DNA from: Phoronis australis
Lineage: Eukaryota; Animalia; Phoronida
Assembly: GCA_002633005.1 (NCBI GenBank)
Contig: NMRA01000375.1
Coordinates: 1-64,000, forward strand
Reading direction: 5' to 3'
DNA: 64,000 bases
Shown: piece after piece, positions 42,901 through 51,331 of the stretch
Numbering within the stretch: position 1 is the first letter of the stretch
How the letters are laid out: each line of letters begins with the position of its first letter
Notes under the pieces: model-generated
The model's database searches: none
Told to the model about the DNA's origin: nothing
What the model saw: the letters and a program-made list of their open reading frames with translations, nothing else
Position numbers and translations under genes: made by a program

Positions 42901-45900
42901 CAGTAGTGTGAGCAGGAAACGTGAAATATGCCGTTTTCCTATTTTATTCCGACAAAATCGCCTTGTTCAAGCCTACGAATGAGCCGAATGAGTTGGCACT
43001 GCTTTCTCAGCGAAAAGATTAAGCGGCAATGAACCGGATTGCGTGGAAGAAACTAACTTGACCACTTGCCACTGTAAAATTGGTCTCAACTAGTTCCTTA
43101 CTCACATGATAAGTGAATTTAGGTGATGCAAAGAACTAACATGAATACACACCGTGACAAGTCAAATTTCAGAGCCTGGTCTTAGGCAACAGCAAACTGT
43201 GAGTTCTCCCAAAGCCCAGAAATCAACTCTGATTTGGCTAGGAGACAACTTGAGACCAATTCCACGACACTATATAATCTAAATCAAAAGCTGTTTTCTG
43301 TGATGGAAGGCGGGTTTAAAGCCACTTTGATCAAATGAACGACGGAAAGACTCCTGACAGGACAATATCGATGCCTAATGAACTTCAAGAGGATCAAGCC
43401 AGAAAACACTTTGGCAAGTTTCACTTAATCCCGACGCAGGACAATATAGCATGCTAAGCACTGTTTCTGGGCCTTGCTGCAAAAATACTATATGCCGGAA
43501 GACAGTGCCGTCATCCAGCCATTGTTCTACAGACGCCATTCTATAACCAAGGTAATTTAAGTATCAAAGGTGTCATGGACTGTCTTTCTTCCAAAAAAGA
43601 CAACTTCAAGTTGTTCCCCAGTGAAGTTAGAAAGTTAAATCTGAAGAGGAAGAACTAGCTGTCCGTTACTGCGCGACGACTAGGATAAACAAGTTATTGG
43701 CAGGTTTGTCATTTTACTACGTACGCCAACACTAGCTTGCATTATCTTACTCATATCGAGCAGTAAAACCGGCGCGTAAAATAATCCCTACAGTAGTTAC
43801 TCGTCACAGTCTTGTCTCATGAAGCCTGCACACGCGTTGCCGCGATGATTTTCTGTTCTAGCCAGACGCCTCTCGCCAGAACAGAGCTGCGTTTCGTAGA
43901 CCAGAAAAGCTGGTGTAATCACGTGCTGCACTGTGATGCATGGCAGTATCTCAGAAGATTTGCTGATCTGGCGTTCCTCAGTGGCCAACTTGATTATTGC
44001 CCACTTGTCTCACAGAGTGAATTTTTCCAATAAATTACTATTTGTTCACAACGTTTCAATATTTAATTGTAGGCCTAAGAATTGTTGGTGAGAGCGTAAT
44101 TTATCCCATACGCGTTGAATCAGTCGAATGCAATACGACCATGTGATATGGTTTTCCTTATTCACCTTCTGCACTACTTCAACAATGCCCTCTGACATGG
44201 AAAGTTCAAAAGGTAGGTCAATGTCGACTCGACGTCGTTAGCCGGGTCGATTACCAAACTTTCCGAATATAGTTTAAAGTAATACAATTGCAGCAGTATA
44301 AATAACACTCCACATATAACTAGGCGTGTCCCAAACGTAACATCTGGTAAAATACCATTAATTATATGGCACTTCTGTCTCAGTTTTCGATTGCTAAATC
44401 TTATATCGTCTGTAACTCGCCAATTCCTCGGTAACTACAGGATCAAATATTGTTGTAATTTGACTATTTTTAGGAAATGTTGCAAGTTCAATACACAATT
44501 ACCATTTCATCTTTGATATCTCTTTTCAAGTAAGAAATCGTTACATTTAAAACTGTGTCTTTTACTAGAGAAAACTTGTAACCTAACGCGCAAGTATATA
44601 CATATAGGATGTGATACGCCACGTGAACAGTCTGGATGAAGTATTAAAAACATCTGCTGAAAAAGTGAAAGAAACTTAGAAACTCGAAGGGTATGGGATA
44701 AATACAAAACGTCCATCAATTGGGGTAGATGAAGTAATATCCCACTCGGTCTCGGTCGATAATGTCTTCTGGGATATCACTTCATCTACGCCACTCTTGG
44801 TACGTTTTGTGTATATCTTACTCGTTTGTTACGTATCTAGAGAACACGTGGCATAAATTATGGCCATGGTCTCAAGTAACAGCAGGCAGTGTCCGGTTGC
44901 ATGAAGCAGTCCGAAATAGGGACTTAACCAAGTTCTCTAGATTTACTGCGTATTTGCCCTTTCTTATGATGTTTTAGTTACATTACTGAGTCAATTTTTG
45001 GTTTTAATACACATCGAGAGTGAACCTGACGTTGAATTGTCGAAAATAAATAGGGATCTTTTCATGCAAGGCCCCTAACTAAGTATCTATTTATTAAGAC
45101 AAACCTTAAGTCAAACTTAAGATTTCTTTCTTGGAACGGACTTTAGACAAATTTAAGTTTTACCTTAAAAATGATTGAAATCTAAGATTTGTCTTAGCTA
45201 AGTCAGTTTACTTGGAACGAGCCCTAGGACTGAGTTCCCTAGACGCAAGAAGCTCACAGAGTACGCTAGTTGGTCACGTGCTTCGCTTGTAATACATGGC
45301 GATATCTTGCGTCTTTCTTCATATTGAGGTTTCGGGAGATTCTCGCGTCTACGGAATGCACGACTGGGTAGAGTGCCAATAACCGTGCAAATTTCTCAGG
45401 AAGAGAAAAGTGAGAAGACCATGTAAAATCACGAGAGTAAAGGCAACTTCGCACGAGACCGTACTAGGTTAACCTGGCGGCCAATAAAGTGATTGATCAG
45501 TGAAGGTTGGGATAGAATTCATTTTCCTTTCCATAAGCGAAGATATTTCGCCGCAGGAACATAACTCAGTTGTGAAAGGACAAGTAGGATAATTTGTAAG
45601 TCTAGTGTTTTGGAAGATGACAAGTGTAGTGCCTATCATAACCCTTATCCTAACCTTTAATTTAAGCGAATCACTAACACAATGGTGTTCATGTAGGCGA
45701 TTTGCAGTCTACGTACCGGAAGTTCTTCGCAGGTTTCCCTTGTTGGTCTCGTCGAGTCACAGTGGATAACCATCCACTGAAGGTCAAACTGTGAACAACC
45801 ATCAACAGAATAAATCAGCAATTTTCATGAACAGTATACATGATGAATATTTAACATTGATCAGTAAGTACTTCACAAACCTCTTTGTATTCTGATATAT

Positions 45901-48900
45901 CGCGCAAGCTACATCGTGCAGAATACCAAATGGTTTATATGACAACGTTCCACAAACACATAATGTGTGACCATACTGCCAAATTGACCACATCGATGTA
46001 TCTCGAGTCCTCTAGTTTCATGAAACGTTGATTCGCGCTCACTTGTATCCAGCTGAACAAGACATCCTAACTTTAACCTAGATTACACAGTGGCTACTGA
46101 AAACATAAATTCCTGTTCCAGATAAAAGGTTTACATGGACAGGAGGTCAATTATGCTTTGTAGACCCAAAAGCCCTCCTTTATCCTCTAGTACAGCAAAG
46201 AGTACAAGAACTACGTTACACCAGCCGTTTCGTCCTTGGTTTCCATAGGCCCCATCAGTAGCCTGCCGTTGCTATCTATTTGACCTCTGGGTGAAAGCGG
46301 GAGGGATGCCACCTTGTTGCAGTCAATAAATAACACCACACTGGCCCGGTTGACACTAAAGTATAGCTTGTGCCATTCTTTATCAAACACCTGCAACCAA
46401 ACACCGAACATTAACTACCGTCGCACACGCAGACAAAACGCTGTTCTATGGAGTTTGAGTGGTACGGACATCGTGGAAGCGACTAGTAGCTTAGAGAACC
46501 CCGACTCGTAAGCCTTCAACTGGCAACCCTGGTTCTCTAACGGAACCATATTGCTTTCGGCACATAACATGGCGTTGCAACAGTTCGTCACTGGTTCTTC
46601 AAGCTGAGGAATTTTTTAATCTGAATACGACAGCTGCGACCAAAAGGGCAGCAAATCGTTGACTATTGTAAAGTCATATCTAGGGTTTCCGAGCAAGGTG
46701 GTCCTCTATTTGCTATAGTTATAACTACACAAATGTGGACAGATCCCAAGGGTAATACTGTAGCATGTCATATGGGCCAAGGGAGGGCAACTTTGCTCTG
46801 CCCCAAGGATTGCTCTTTATTTTATCATACCACAACTGATTCTACTTTCATCAGATGTCTTCGTGTGTGGTTAGAATAGGAAAGTTTTGTCTGGGTGTTT
46901 TTATGTACTGTCATCTTCTGCTCGCTTTGTTTACAGGGTCAGGTGTTTATGGTTTCTGCAACCTGTAAGTGATCACGGATAGTGACACCAGACGTCGGGC
47001 GTCTAGCCGGTCAACATCGCTTTATAATGGAAGCTATAGTTTGCACTGCCTTTTACCCAATCAGAAGACAGGGGCATCAGTGATTGTATAATAAAACAAA
47101 GTGCAGTTGAGTGCAACATTGCTCTCCCGGGGTCCGTGTGATCAGATATACCTGAGTGATTGGTCCATATTTGTATAACATGTACCATAAGTTATTGGGC
47201 ACAGAATCAGAAGCAATCTGATTATGAGTGTGGATGAAAAGAAGCGAAACTTTGACTATAAACTTGCATATATCTGCGCTCATAATCGGTTTACTGCTTA
47301 AAGTATTTATATGGTATTCCTGTGCATGTTGGTTCATCTTCAAATGTTCTCGACATGGGCGGCGGCATGGCAACTTAAAATAGACGGACCTATCAACATC
47401 GGTCTTCAAAGTCTTTGGAAGTAAAAAGGTTAGCTTTAAGGTTGAAGGCCACGTCGACTGAATATTGTTGTTTCCGAAATTCTTCAAAGGCTTTCACTTT
47501 GAAGTCAGTCAGTTTTCTGGCAAACAAGGTGTACGCACGAGCCAAAGTTACAGCATAATGAGAATGTGAACAATATTCTTAATTTTATCCCATACGCATT
47601 GAATCAGTCGAGTGAAATACTGTCAAGTAATAATGTTTTCCGTATTCACCTCCCGCACTACTTCAAGAGTGACCTCTGACATGGAAAGTTCAAAAGGTAG
47701 GTCAATGTCGAATCGAAGTCTTTAGCCGGTTCGATCATTAAACTTTCCGAAAATAGTGTAAAGTAATAGAATTGCATCACTGTAAATAACAATCAACATG
47801 CAATAAGTTTCCATTCGTAACATCTGGAACAGGACTGTTAATTATATGACAATTCGCAAGTACATACATATAGGATGTGATCCGCCACGTGAGCAATCTG
47901 AGTGACGCATTTAAAAAATTTGCGGAAAAAATAAAAAATTAGAAATTCTAAGCCTATGGGATAAATACAAAACGTACCTCGATTGTCGTAGACTCGACCT
48001 TATTCCGTGTATCGATAAGCGGAATAATGTCCCGTGGGATATTACTTCATCTACGCCACTCTCCGTACGTTTTGTGTATGTATTCTTATTACTTTATTAA
48101 TACATTAAGCTTTCAAAATATCCCTTTAAAAGCACGTGCTAGTAGCAGTCTTTACCGTACGTTGTGTTAATCTTAACAAAAAAATGATAGTTTGTGTAAA
48201 ATTTCATGCCTACGGTTTAAAGAAGTAACCCAAAGTCTATAAGAACAGATAAAGGGGGGATTGATACCTGATCCCTTACCTTTCTGACGTTGGTGAACTC
48301 GAGCGTCTGCACACGCCCTGTATAATCTAGAATGTAAAACTCCACGCTTTTTTTCAAACCGTTCAATCGAATTCCAAACTGGGGGTTATTGAATGTGTCT
48401 ACTACGCGCACTAGGTTCCATGTCTTCTTCCTGGCCTTGGGGCTCATCCGTAAAGTGCTGCCGAAGGAGAATTCGTTCGGAAGTCCGTGAGGAAATAGTT
48501 CTCTAAATGAATTTTGATCAATACGTTAGCGTCCTTCTTAAAATGATAACAGCCACGGTTACCGAACCATTCAATCTATTTTCAATCAAAAAATCCGCAT
48601 TCCGAACACTGAAACCAGGATTGAGTTCTGCAGACTCAAGAATCTCGCGAAAGAAGCTAGCGTGATCACGTGCTTCTCTTGCAATACATGGAGATATCTC
48701 GCCAGTGCATGATGGTATCTCGTCATGTTTTCGACATCTTGCGAAGTCTTGCGTGACTTTGCGTCTACGCAACGCACTGATCAAGTACTAAACAATGATA
48801 ACAGACTACGACCGAAAAATCGGATCACCGAGTTGTAAGATGTGAAAATTGGATTTCCGTGTTCGGAAAGTAGATTTCTCATTAACGAAAGTAGATTCGA

Positions 48901-51331
48901 TGTTTCGCAATTTCCGAGCTCATTGTATGATATCTGGAAGCAAAACAAATAAAAAATCCTGGAAGCAAAAGAAACAGAATTCTGATGAAAATAACAGAAG
49001 TGCTAATGAACAAAAAAATACTAAAATATCATCAATACAAGAACGTCACAGTAGTACTAAAATGTACTACTACCGTAAACTGAAAATTGTCTTCTGTTAG
49101 CTTTCGTGAAAGTGCAGTACATAAAAATTCAATAAACTGAACAAGGCAGTCATGTGAATGTCCGTTTTTACAAGATCCAAACTAAAATGAATTGTCAACG
49201 GTTAACTTACTTTGTAGCCACGTTGAAGTGAGATCGTTTGGAAACTTTATAAGCAACTTGAAATTTATTGGAGCCCTGTATCAGCGCAACGCCTTTCATT
49301 TGTTTTCCGCTGTCTAAGCCATACGTCGAAATAAAGTCGAACGCTGCAATTGTGTTGACAAGATAAACAGACGAGAGTGAGAGAGCGATTAATGGATGCT
49401 TACAACTAACAAGACTGTTGAGGAATTGAATTAATACCGGAAACACTTCCACGAAGAAAAGTGGTAAACGTAGGCTTACATTAGTGTTATCAGGGGCAAA
49501 TATATCCAAAACGAACAAATGTTAGGTTTCAATTTCACTATACCCGCTAACACAGCCCCCATCAGTCATAATTTTTTGACCTGTGACGTTTGTCGAAAAT
49601 ACAAAATGTTTTCCGGCGTCGAAACCAGTAACCCAAGAGACTCGCCAGCGTGAAATGCATGGCGATATCTCGTGAATATTTGCATGATACTGCTAAATTC
49701 AAAATACACTCGCATTATAGGAACTCAGCCCAGAGGTGCGCTCCGTGAAAGCTATACACTCGCGAGACACTTCCGGCGAAGAGTATTCGCGCATGATCGA
49801 GCGAAAACTGGTGAATCGTTTTCTCAAAATTCAGCATTCTAGCTTCTCCGACCAACATTGGAGGTAATTTGCAAGATCATGATCGTCAGGTCTCGAGCTT
49901 ACTCGCGAAACACTAGCTTTTTACTTTCGAGATTTTGCGTGGGCTTGCGTGATCTCGCCAACCAAGCAAGTCCTCGCGAGATATCAACATGCACAACAAG
50001 CGAAACACGTGATCACACTAGCGTTATTCGCATTACTCTACGAAACGCGCCTCAGTTGTTGTTATGTTGCCGTCATTTCGTGGTATCATTGTAGGGACGA
50101 CTGCCGCGATATGGAAAAATGGCTTCGAAAAACTGCTACATTAAATCTTTGTAGATTTCTGAAAATGTTATGATAATTCCTAAATATTATTTTTAAGAAA
50201 GGTAAAACGTTTCATGCATTTACCAACATAGTTGGACATTGATTTGACATAGTTATACTTCTTTGTTGTTCAGAAGTAGCCTATACGGTTGTGCACTCAC
50301 CTGGCAGATCGTCTTCTCCTGGTTTCATTTCCGGACATACTGATTGGCTTGCCCCTGAAATGACCAGTGACTTAATTACGCGTTCACATCTTTCATAAAA
50401 TCCTGTAAGTGGATCATTAAACTACCACTAACCACAACCAAATAAAACCCCACACCACCAAGCTTCGCCACACAAAACCAGACGTATTATTGCCCTCTAA
50501 CCCCATATCACCACACAGTTTATCACAACACATCACCATACACCATATCACCACACTATGTAACCACACAGAACTTGTGACACCATATATCACTCCACAT
50601 CACATCATCACACCATATAACATCATATATTGCCACACGCCATAATATCACTACGCACAATATAAAACCATATATCACCACACACTACATCATCAAACAT
50701 AATATAACACCATATCACAACAAGCCATATCACCATGACATGAAATAAACGCACCACCACCACGTATCATATTACCTCCCGTCATATCACTACCATACAT
50801 GTATACACAACATATCACCAAACACCACAATACATCACCAAGCACCACAACACCAAACAACATATCAACAAACACCATATCATCATACAACATAACTGAA
50901 AAACTTTAGAACTAGAACAGCTCAAAGTCGTGTACAAAGTCGCACACGAAGTCTCTTGCGAAGTCGCGTACCAAGTCGCGTACAAAGTCGTATACGGAGT
51001 GTGTAGAGAGGGCTTTGTCCACCATCTCACCGTGATCACACATCACCTCGTGATATACAATGCAAGCTGCTATCTTCTTTCAGGACAGCACGTACATGTA
51101 GTACAAAGCCACACCATTTACTACCAACACATGTACAGTTGCATTCGAAAAGTATTTCAAACCGTTTCCAGAGATATCGCCGGTTAGAGTATCATATCGA
51201 AGCACTTATTAACATAAGGACTCCACTTTTGCTGCAGCAATAAACAGTCGTGGAAAGGAGCTATACTTACGGCAGTAGACTTGTGTCAGATAGACGATGC
51301 CGGTAAGAAGTTTGAGGACCAAGCTGTTCAT
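1914..51331 (-). CDS. FACIT-type collagen (type IX alpha-1-like: signal peptide, TSPN/NC4, interrupted Gly-X-Y helix); multi-exon, 3' end not established
   Basis: 23 exons with GT-AG borders splice in frame to about 688 codons. The N-terminus resembles vertebrate COL9A1 NC4 ([18 protein letters not shown]...[11 protein letters not shown]...WHKL...FIDCN...[11 protein letters not shown]...RETCEELP). It is followed by phase-0 Gly-X-Y exons. Confidence 0.93.
2869..4521. mobile_element. Kolobok-type DNA transposon, non-autonomous, with THAP-domain remnant
   Basis: TIR aggagaatgccaccc / gggtggcattctcct, with TTAA on both sides (2865-2868 and 4522-4525). Internal THAP-like ORF. Confidence 0.8.
3028..3333 (+). 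pseudogene. Degenerate THAP zinc-finger fragment (transposase N-terminus)
   Basis: VPACPN...SFFRLP...LRVCGRHF matches the THAP C2CH signature. The conserved Trp is replaced and no DDE domain follows. Confidence 0.75.
4651..4722 (-). CDS. Collagen Gly-X-Y exon, 72 nt (GPVGNPGVP...GVE)
   Basis: 8 triplets, ttacag/gtgggt. Confidence 0.9.
9911..9960 (+). repeat. 17-bp tandem repeat x3 (ttaacttattactagta)
   Basis: Read directly from sequence. Confidence 0.85.
10242..11094. mobile_element. MITE-like element with subterminal 16-bp tandem arrays
   Basis: Left end ggtaaca plus (cactattccgaaggtt) x5.5. Right end has degenerate reverse-complement units (aaccttcggattagtg) and tgtaacc. Flanks ctgaaaat/ttggaaat resemble a decayed 8-bp TSD. 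Confidence 0.6.
10252..10341 (+). repeat. 16-bp tandem repeat (CACTATTCCGAAGGTT) x5.5
   Basis: Read directly from sequence. Confidence 0.9.
12275..12652. mobile_element. Tc1/pogo-type MITE with TA target duplication
   Basis: TA-ccggggttttccgtagat...gcccatggg at left; cccatgggc..atctacggaaatgaccgg-TA at right. Confidence 0.65.
14900..15850 (+). mobile_element. Dispersed repeat family A copy, homologous to ~41360-42680
   Basis: Collinear blocks gcgcgtatttaggctca, gctcgcataat, gtactctattc.g.tc.ggttca, actgttat, aatctagga.atgc. Confidence 0.6.
15378..15582 (+). repeat. 50-bp minisatellite x4
   Basis: Unit gaaattagcgaaagaactggactgttatctgttatccctccaagtgacat; near-perfect copies. Confidence 0.95.
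15859..15955 (+). repeat. (TA)n / (TATATG)n / (CA)n compound microsatellite
   Basis: Read directly; about 200 bp upstream of the LRR-Ig ATG. Confidence 0.95.
16150..18936 (+). CDS. Intronless LRR-Ig type I transmembrane receptor (about 928 aa), nested antisense in a collagen intron
   Basis: Uninterrupted ORF; first ATG at 16150. Signal peptide, about 27 LxxLxLxxNxL repeats, LRRCT (NPLHCNC...W...TCDSP), Ig domain ([10 protein letters not shown]...[10 protein letters not shown]), TM ([25 protein letters not shown]), 26-aa tail. Confidence 0.95.
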   Translation: MAVTRGCMLLLVALSTILRTVSSNICVHRREKVLTMEETLNLASAATVDLWNCGIYQIRSDAFTPLSKVKKLILGKNLINGLADRLFSVLTELKWLDLRDNRISELTSKTFSGLVSLEYLDLTSNRLSFLSKDIFADMPLIKVLLLTNNTVASLDGNSFGDSLQSLERLHIGNNVISWIENGTFRCLNSLLSLQLENNHLRAVHKNVFDGLENLKILILRNNSISAVRGLVLARMEYLDLQQNHLGVVEAACFPSNQTVRVDLSFNKVSKFENGTFFSLSSVKWLRLRGNWLPLVKKDTFIYLESLQTLSLAANRIEEIEEKSFYHMRDLLNLFLSYNRITVLERGTFVGLTKIRKLYLNFNGIHSLGERTFEDLTSLTILGLRGNKIKAINSVDFLGPKRLMRLEMDGNEVDALEIFTPINCDDVILEVTDVNFTFNSSYLTKVRKLKLKGNFEQFKISQTFVWNFRNIISLELSWCNISDLSDQPFQLLPPLKFLVLARNKLKYISDFMLEGLGSLMSLNLSHNEIVSLSRNAFSELKLLRVLYLTGNGIVHISNNMLPSNIIRLGIKDNNIENLAIAKIITLTFLDLSYNNLGSVTNNTLSGLPNIRTLYMAYAQIEHVDEHAFDQLIFLWHLCLSGNRIRIVSQYLFRSLTSLGHLEMDNCGITGIEDGIMNLLTRLRYFYLRNNSIKVLPLDILRKVASREKPLKLFVSSNPLHCNCLVYPLQLWVYYYYRNPRLTYDIPTCDSPNITLPTIESFLSLDVVCRSLSYPVIEVKHNDKKVLIQCTSYGDPPPSIVIKDPGGNDINCSSQINFTEAKSVGVSNIPADNFLEGNYSCTASNIMMQLTSAKLIKGEKKSEVEQVDTSRGGLPSEVYLIGGIAGGVVACAVALGVILSVYIVRRYNAPSNESTTNAVTNQGQLADTRI
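19023..19028 (+). terminator. Candidate polyadenylation signal AATAAA of the LRR-Ig gene
   Basis: AATAAA about 87 nt after the stop codon, in T-rich 3' UTR-like sequence. Confidence 0.55.
20333..20459 (+). mobile_element. Short interspersed repeat (caggggcggatccagga... family); other copies at ~4858-5007 and ~51430-51582
   Basis: Shared core cagggcagagtatt.gccag.attttg.c.gtcaga...aatctgggagaat...aaatcc in all three copies. Confidence 0.7.
21102..21209 (-). CDS. Collagen Gly-X-Y exon, 108 nt (…GLPGPA…), copy A; probably the other haplotype of 22548-22655
   Basis: Same protein as copy B except A/P at one codon. Lies in a ~1 kb duplicate that ends at the N-gap. Confidence 0.75.
22548..22655 (-). 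CDS. Collagen Gly-X-Y exon, 108 nt (GDTGEPGRD...GLAGPA...GVT), copy B
   Basis: 12 triplets, cttcag/gtattt. Near-identical copy at 21102-21209. Confidence 0.88.
26333..26389 (-). CDS. Collagen exon, 57 nt, with SVLQ interruption ([19 protein letters not shown])
   Basis: ttgcag/gtacaa, phase 0. Confidence 0.88.
26489..26524 (-). CDS. Collagen Gly-X-Y exon, 36 nt ([12 protein letters not shown])
   Basis: tttcag/gtaagt. Confidence 0.9.
27172..27279 (-). CDS. Collagen Gly-X-Y exon, 108 nt (GIQGTPGPR...GLL)
   Basis: 12 triplets, ag/gtgagt. Confidence 0.92.
27839..27892 (-). CDS. Collagen Gly-X-Y exon, 54 nt ([18 protein letters not shown])
   Basis: 54 nt, ttacag/gtaagc. Confidence 0.92.
28277..28432 (-). 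CDS. Collagen exon, 156 nt, with ANVT interruption
   Basis: [19 protein letters not shown]...GLK; ttacag/gtactt. Confidence 0.92.
28652..28714 (-). CDS. Collagen Gly-X-Y exon, 63 nt (GDRGIKGEV...GDK)
   Basis: 7 triplets, ttacag/gtacgt. Confidence 0.92.
29681..29734 (-). CDS. Collagen Gly-X-Y exon, 54 nt ([18 protein letters not shown])
   Basis: 54 nt, taacag/gtatac. Confidence 0.9.
29776..31177. mobile_element. Non-autonomous DNA transposon with ~55-bp TIRs and internal direct repeats
   Basis: tggcaagatgtagggtagaat...ttgttaccgtttaaacg is mirrored by cgtttaaacggtaacaa...attctatcctatatcgtgcca. The motif aaaagcaccgt(t/c/g)tatc recurs internally. Confidence 0.75.
31614..31667 (-). CDS. Collagen Gly-X-Y exon, 54 nt ([18 protein letters not shown])
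   Basis: 54 nt, tttcag/gtatgg. Confidence 0.92.
31861..31911 (-). CDS. Collagen exon, 51 nt ([17 protein letters not shown]), helix imperfection
   Basis: tttcag/gtgaga. Starts with 2 residues outside the Gly-X-Y register. Confidence 0.9.
32255..32371 (-). CDS. Collagen Gly-X-Y exon, 117 nt (GKQGDKGEN...GPRGHS)
   Basis: 13 triplets, ttttag/gtgagt. Confidence 0.9.
33150..33203 (-). CDS. Collagen Gly-X-Y exon, 54 nt ([18 protein letters not shown])
   Basis: 54 nt, ag/gtacgt. Confidence 0.92.
34054..34107 (-). CDS. Collagen Gly-X-Y exon, 54 nt ([18 protein letters not shown])
   Basis: Canonical 54-nt collagen exon, ag/gtgagt. Confidence 0.93.
34338..34436 (-). CDS. Collagen Gly-X-Y exon, 99 nt (GPPGFKGQK...GSD)
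   Basis: 11 perfect Gly-X-Y triplets, ag/gt borders. Confidence 0.93.
34690..34847. mobile_element. Short MITE; second copy at 55972-56125
   Basis: ttcagtaacgctaggacct / aggtcctagcgttactgaa inverted ends; core aatatctcacgtaatctcg shared with the other copy. Confidence 0.65.
35025..35765 (-). mobile_element. 5'-truncated Penelope-like retroelement (GIY-YIG endonuclease fragment)
   Basis: ORFs 35411-35653 and 35165-35404 share a frame, split by one TAA (VVYGVQC...YIGETKQ...RMSQH...SAIFSH...EAFH...SLNK). A 16-bp direct repeat ttacagtttcaaaaag flanks it (35009-35024, 35766-35781). Confidence 0.85.
40987..41052 (-). CDS. Collagen exon: [22 protein letters not shown] (Cys linker and helix start)
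   Basis: ttgcag / gtgagg borders, 66 nt, phase 0. Confidence 0.88.
42121..42347 (+). repeat. ~39-40-bp minisatellite, about 6 copies
   Basis: Unit ctagactgttatacacgacatgtacatgtacctgttatt. Confidence 0.9.
44098..44815. mobile_element. Dispersed repeat with subterminal inverted repeats and 3' hairpin (Helentron/HINE-like); second copy at 47581-48079
   Basis: tttatcccatac / gtatgggataaa inverted pair. Hairpin gtagatgaagtaatatccca (44725-44744) with tgggatatcacttcatctac (44770-44789). Confidence 0.55.
45717..45788 (-). CDS. Collagen TSPN end exon: [24 protein letters not shown]
   Basis: ttcacag / gtacgt borders, 72 nt. Close to COL9A1 [24 protein letters not shown] as recalled. Confidence 0.92.
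46220..46390 (-). CDS. Collagen TSPN exon: [13 protein letters not shown]...FIDCNKV...ETAG
   Basis: ttgcag / gtaacg borders, 171 nt, phase 0-0. TSPN WHK and DC motifs. Confidence 0.92.
47581..48079. mobile_element. Second, internally shorter copy of the 44098-44815 repeat
   Basis: Shared blocks ctctgacatggaaagttcaaaaggtaggtcaatgtcga and acttcatctacgccactc. Confidence 0.65.
48280..48502 (-). CDS. Collagen TSPN exon: (K)[19 protein letters not shown]...QFGIRLNG...TNVRK
   Basis: catttag / gtaagg borders, 223 nt, phase 2-0. TSPN consensus FPxGLPxEFSF. Confidence 0.92.
49211..49343 (-). CDS. Collagen TSPN exon: (A)[11 protein letters not shown]...[16 protein letters not shown]
   Basis: attgcag / gtaagt borders, 133 nt, phase 1-2. 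Part of ORF 49207..49518. Confidence 0.9.
50301..50354 (-). CDS. Collagen exon: (R)[17 protein letters not shown]
   Basis: tttcag / gtgagt borders, 54 nt, phase 1-1. Resembles the COL9A1 CPKIRIGQDDLP motif. Confidence 0.88.
50440..50995 (+). repeat. Low-complexity (CACCA/CATAT)n tract followed by a 12-bp repeat (caaagtcgcgta-like) x6
   Basis: Read directly from sequence. Confidence 0.75.
51271..51331 (-). CDS. Collagen coding exon 1: start codon and signal peptide [20 protein letters not shown]
   Basis: Acceptor ttccag precedes 51341, ATG at 51331, donor gtaagt after 51271 (phase 1). Hydrophobic 20-aa peptide, in frame with the next exon. Confidence 0.8.
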
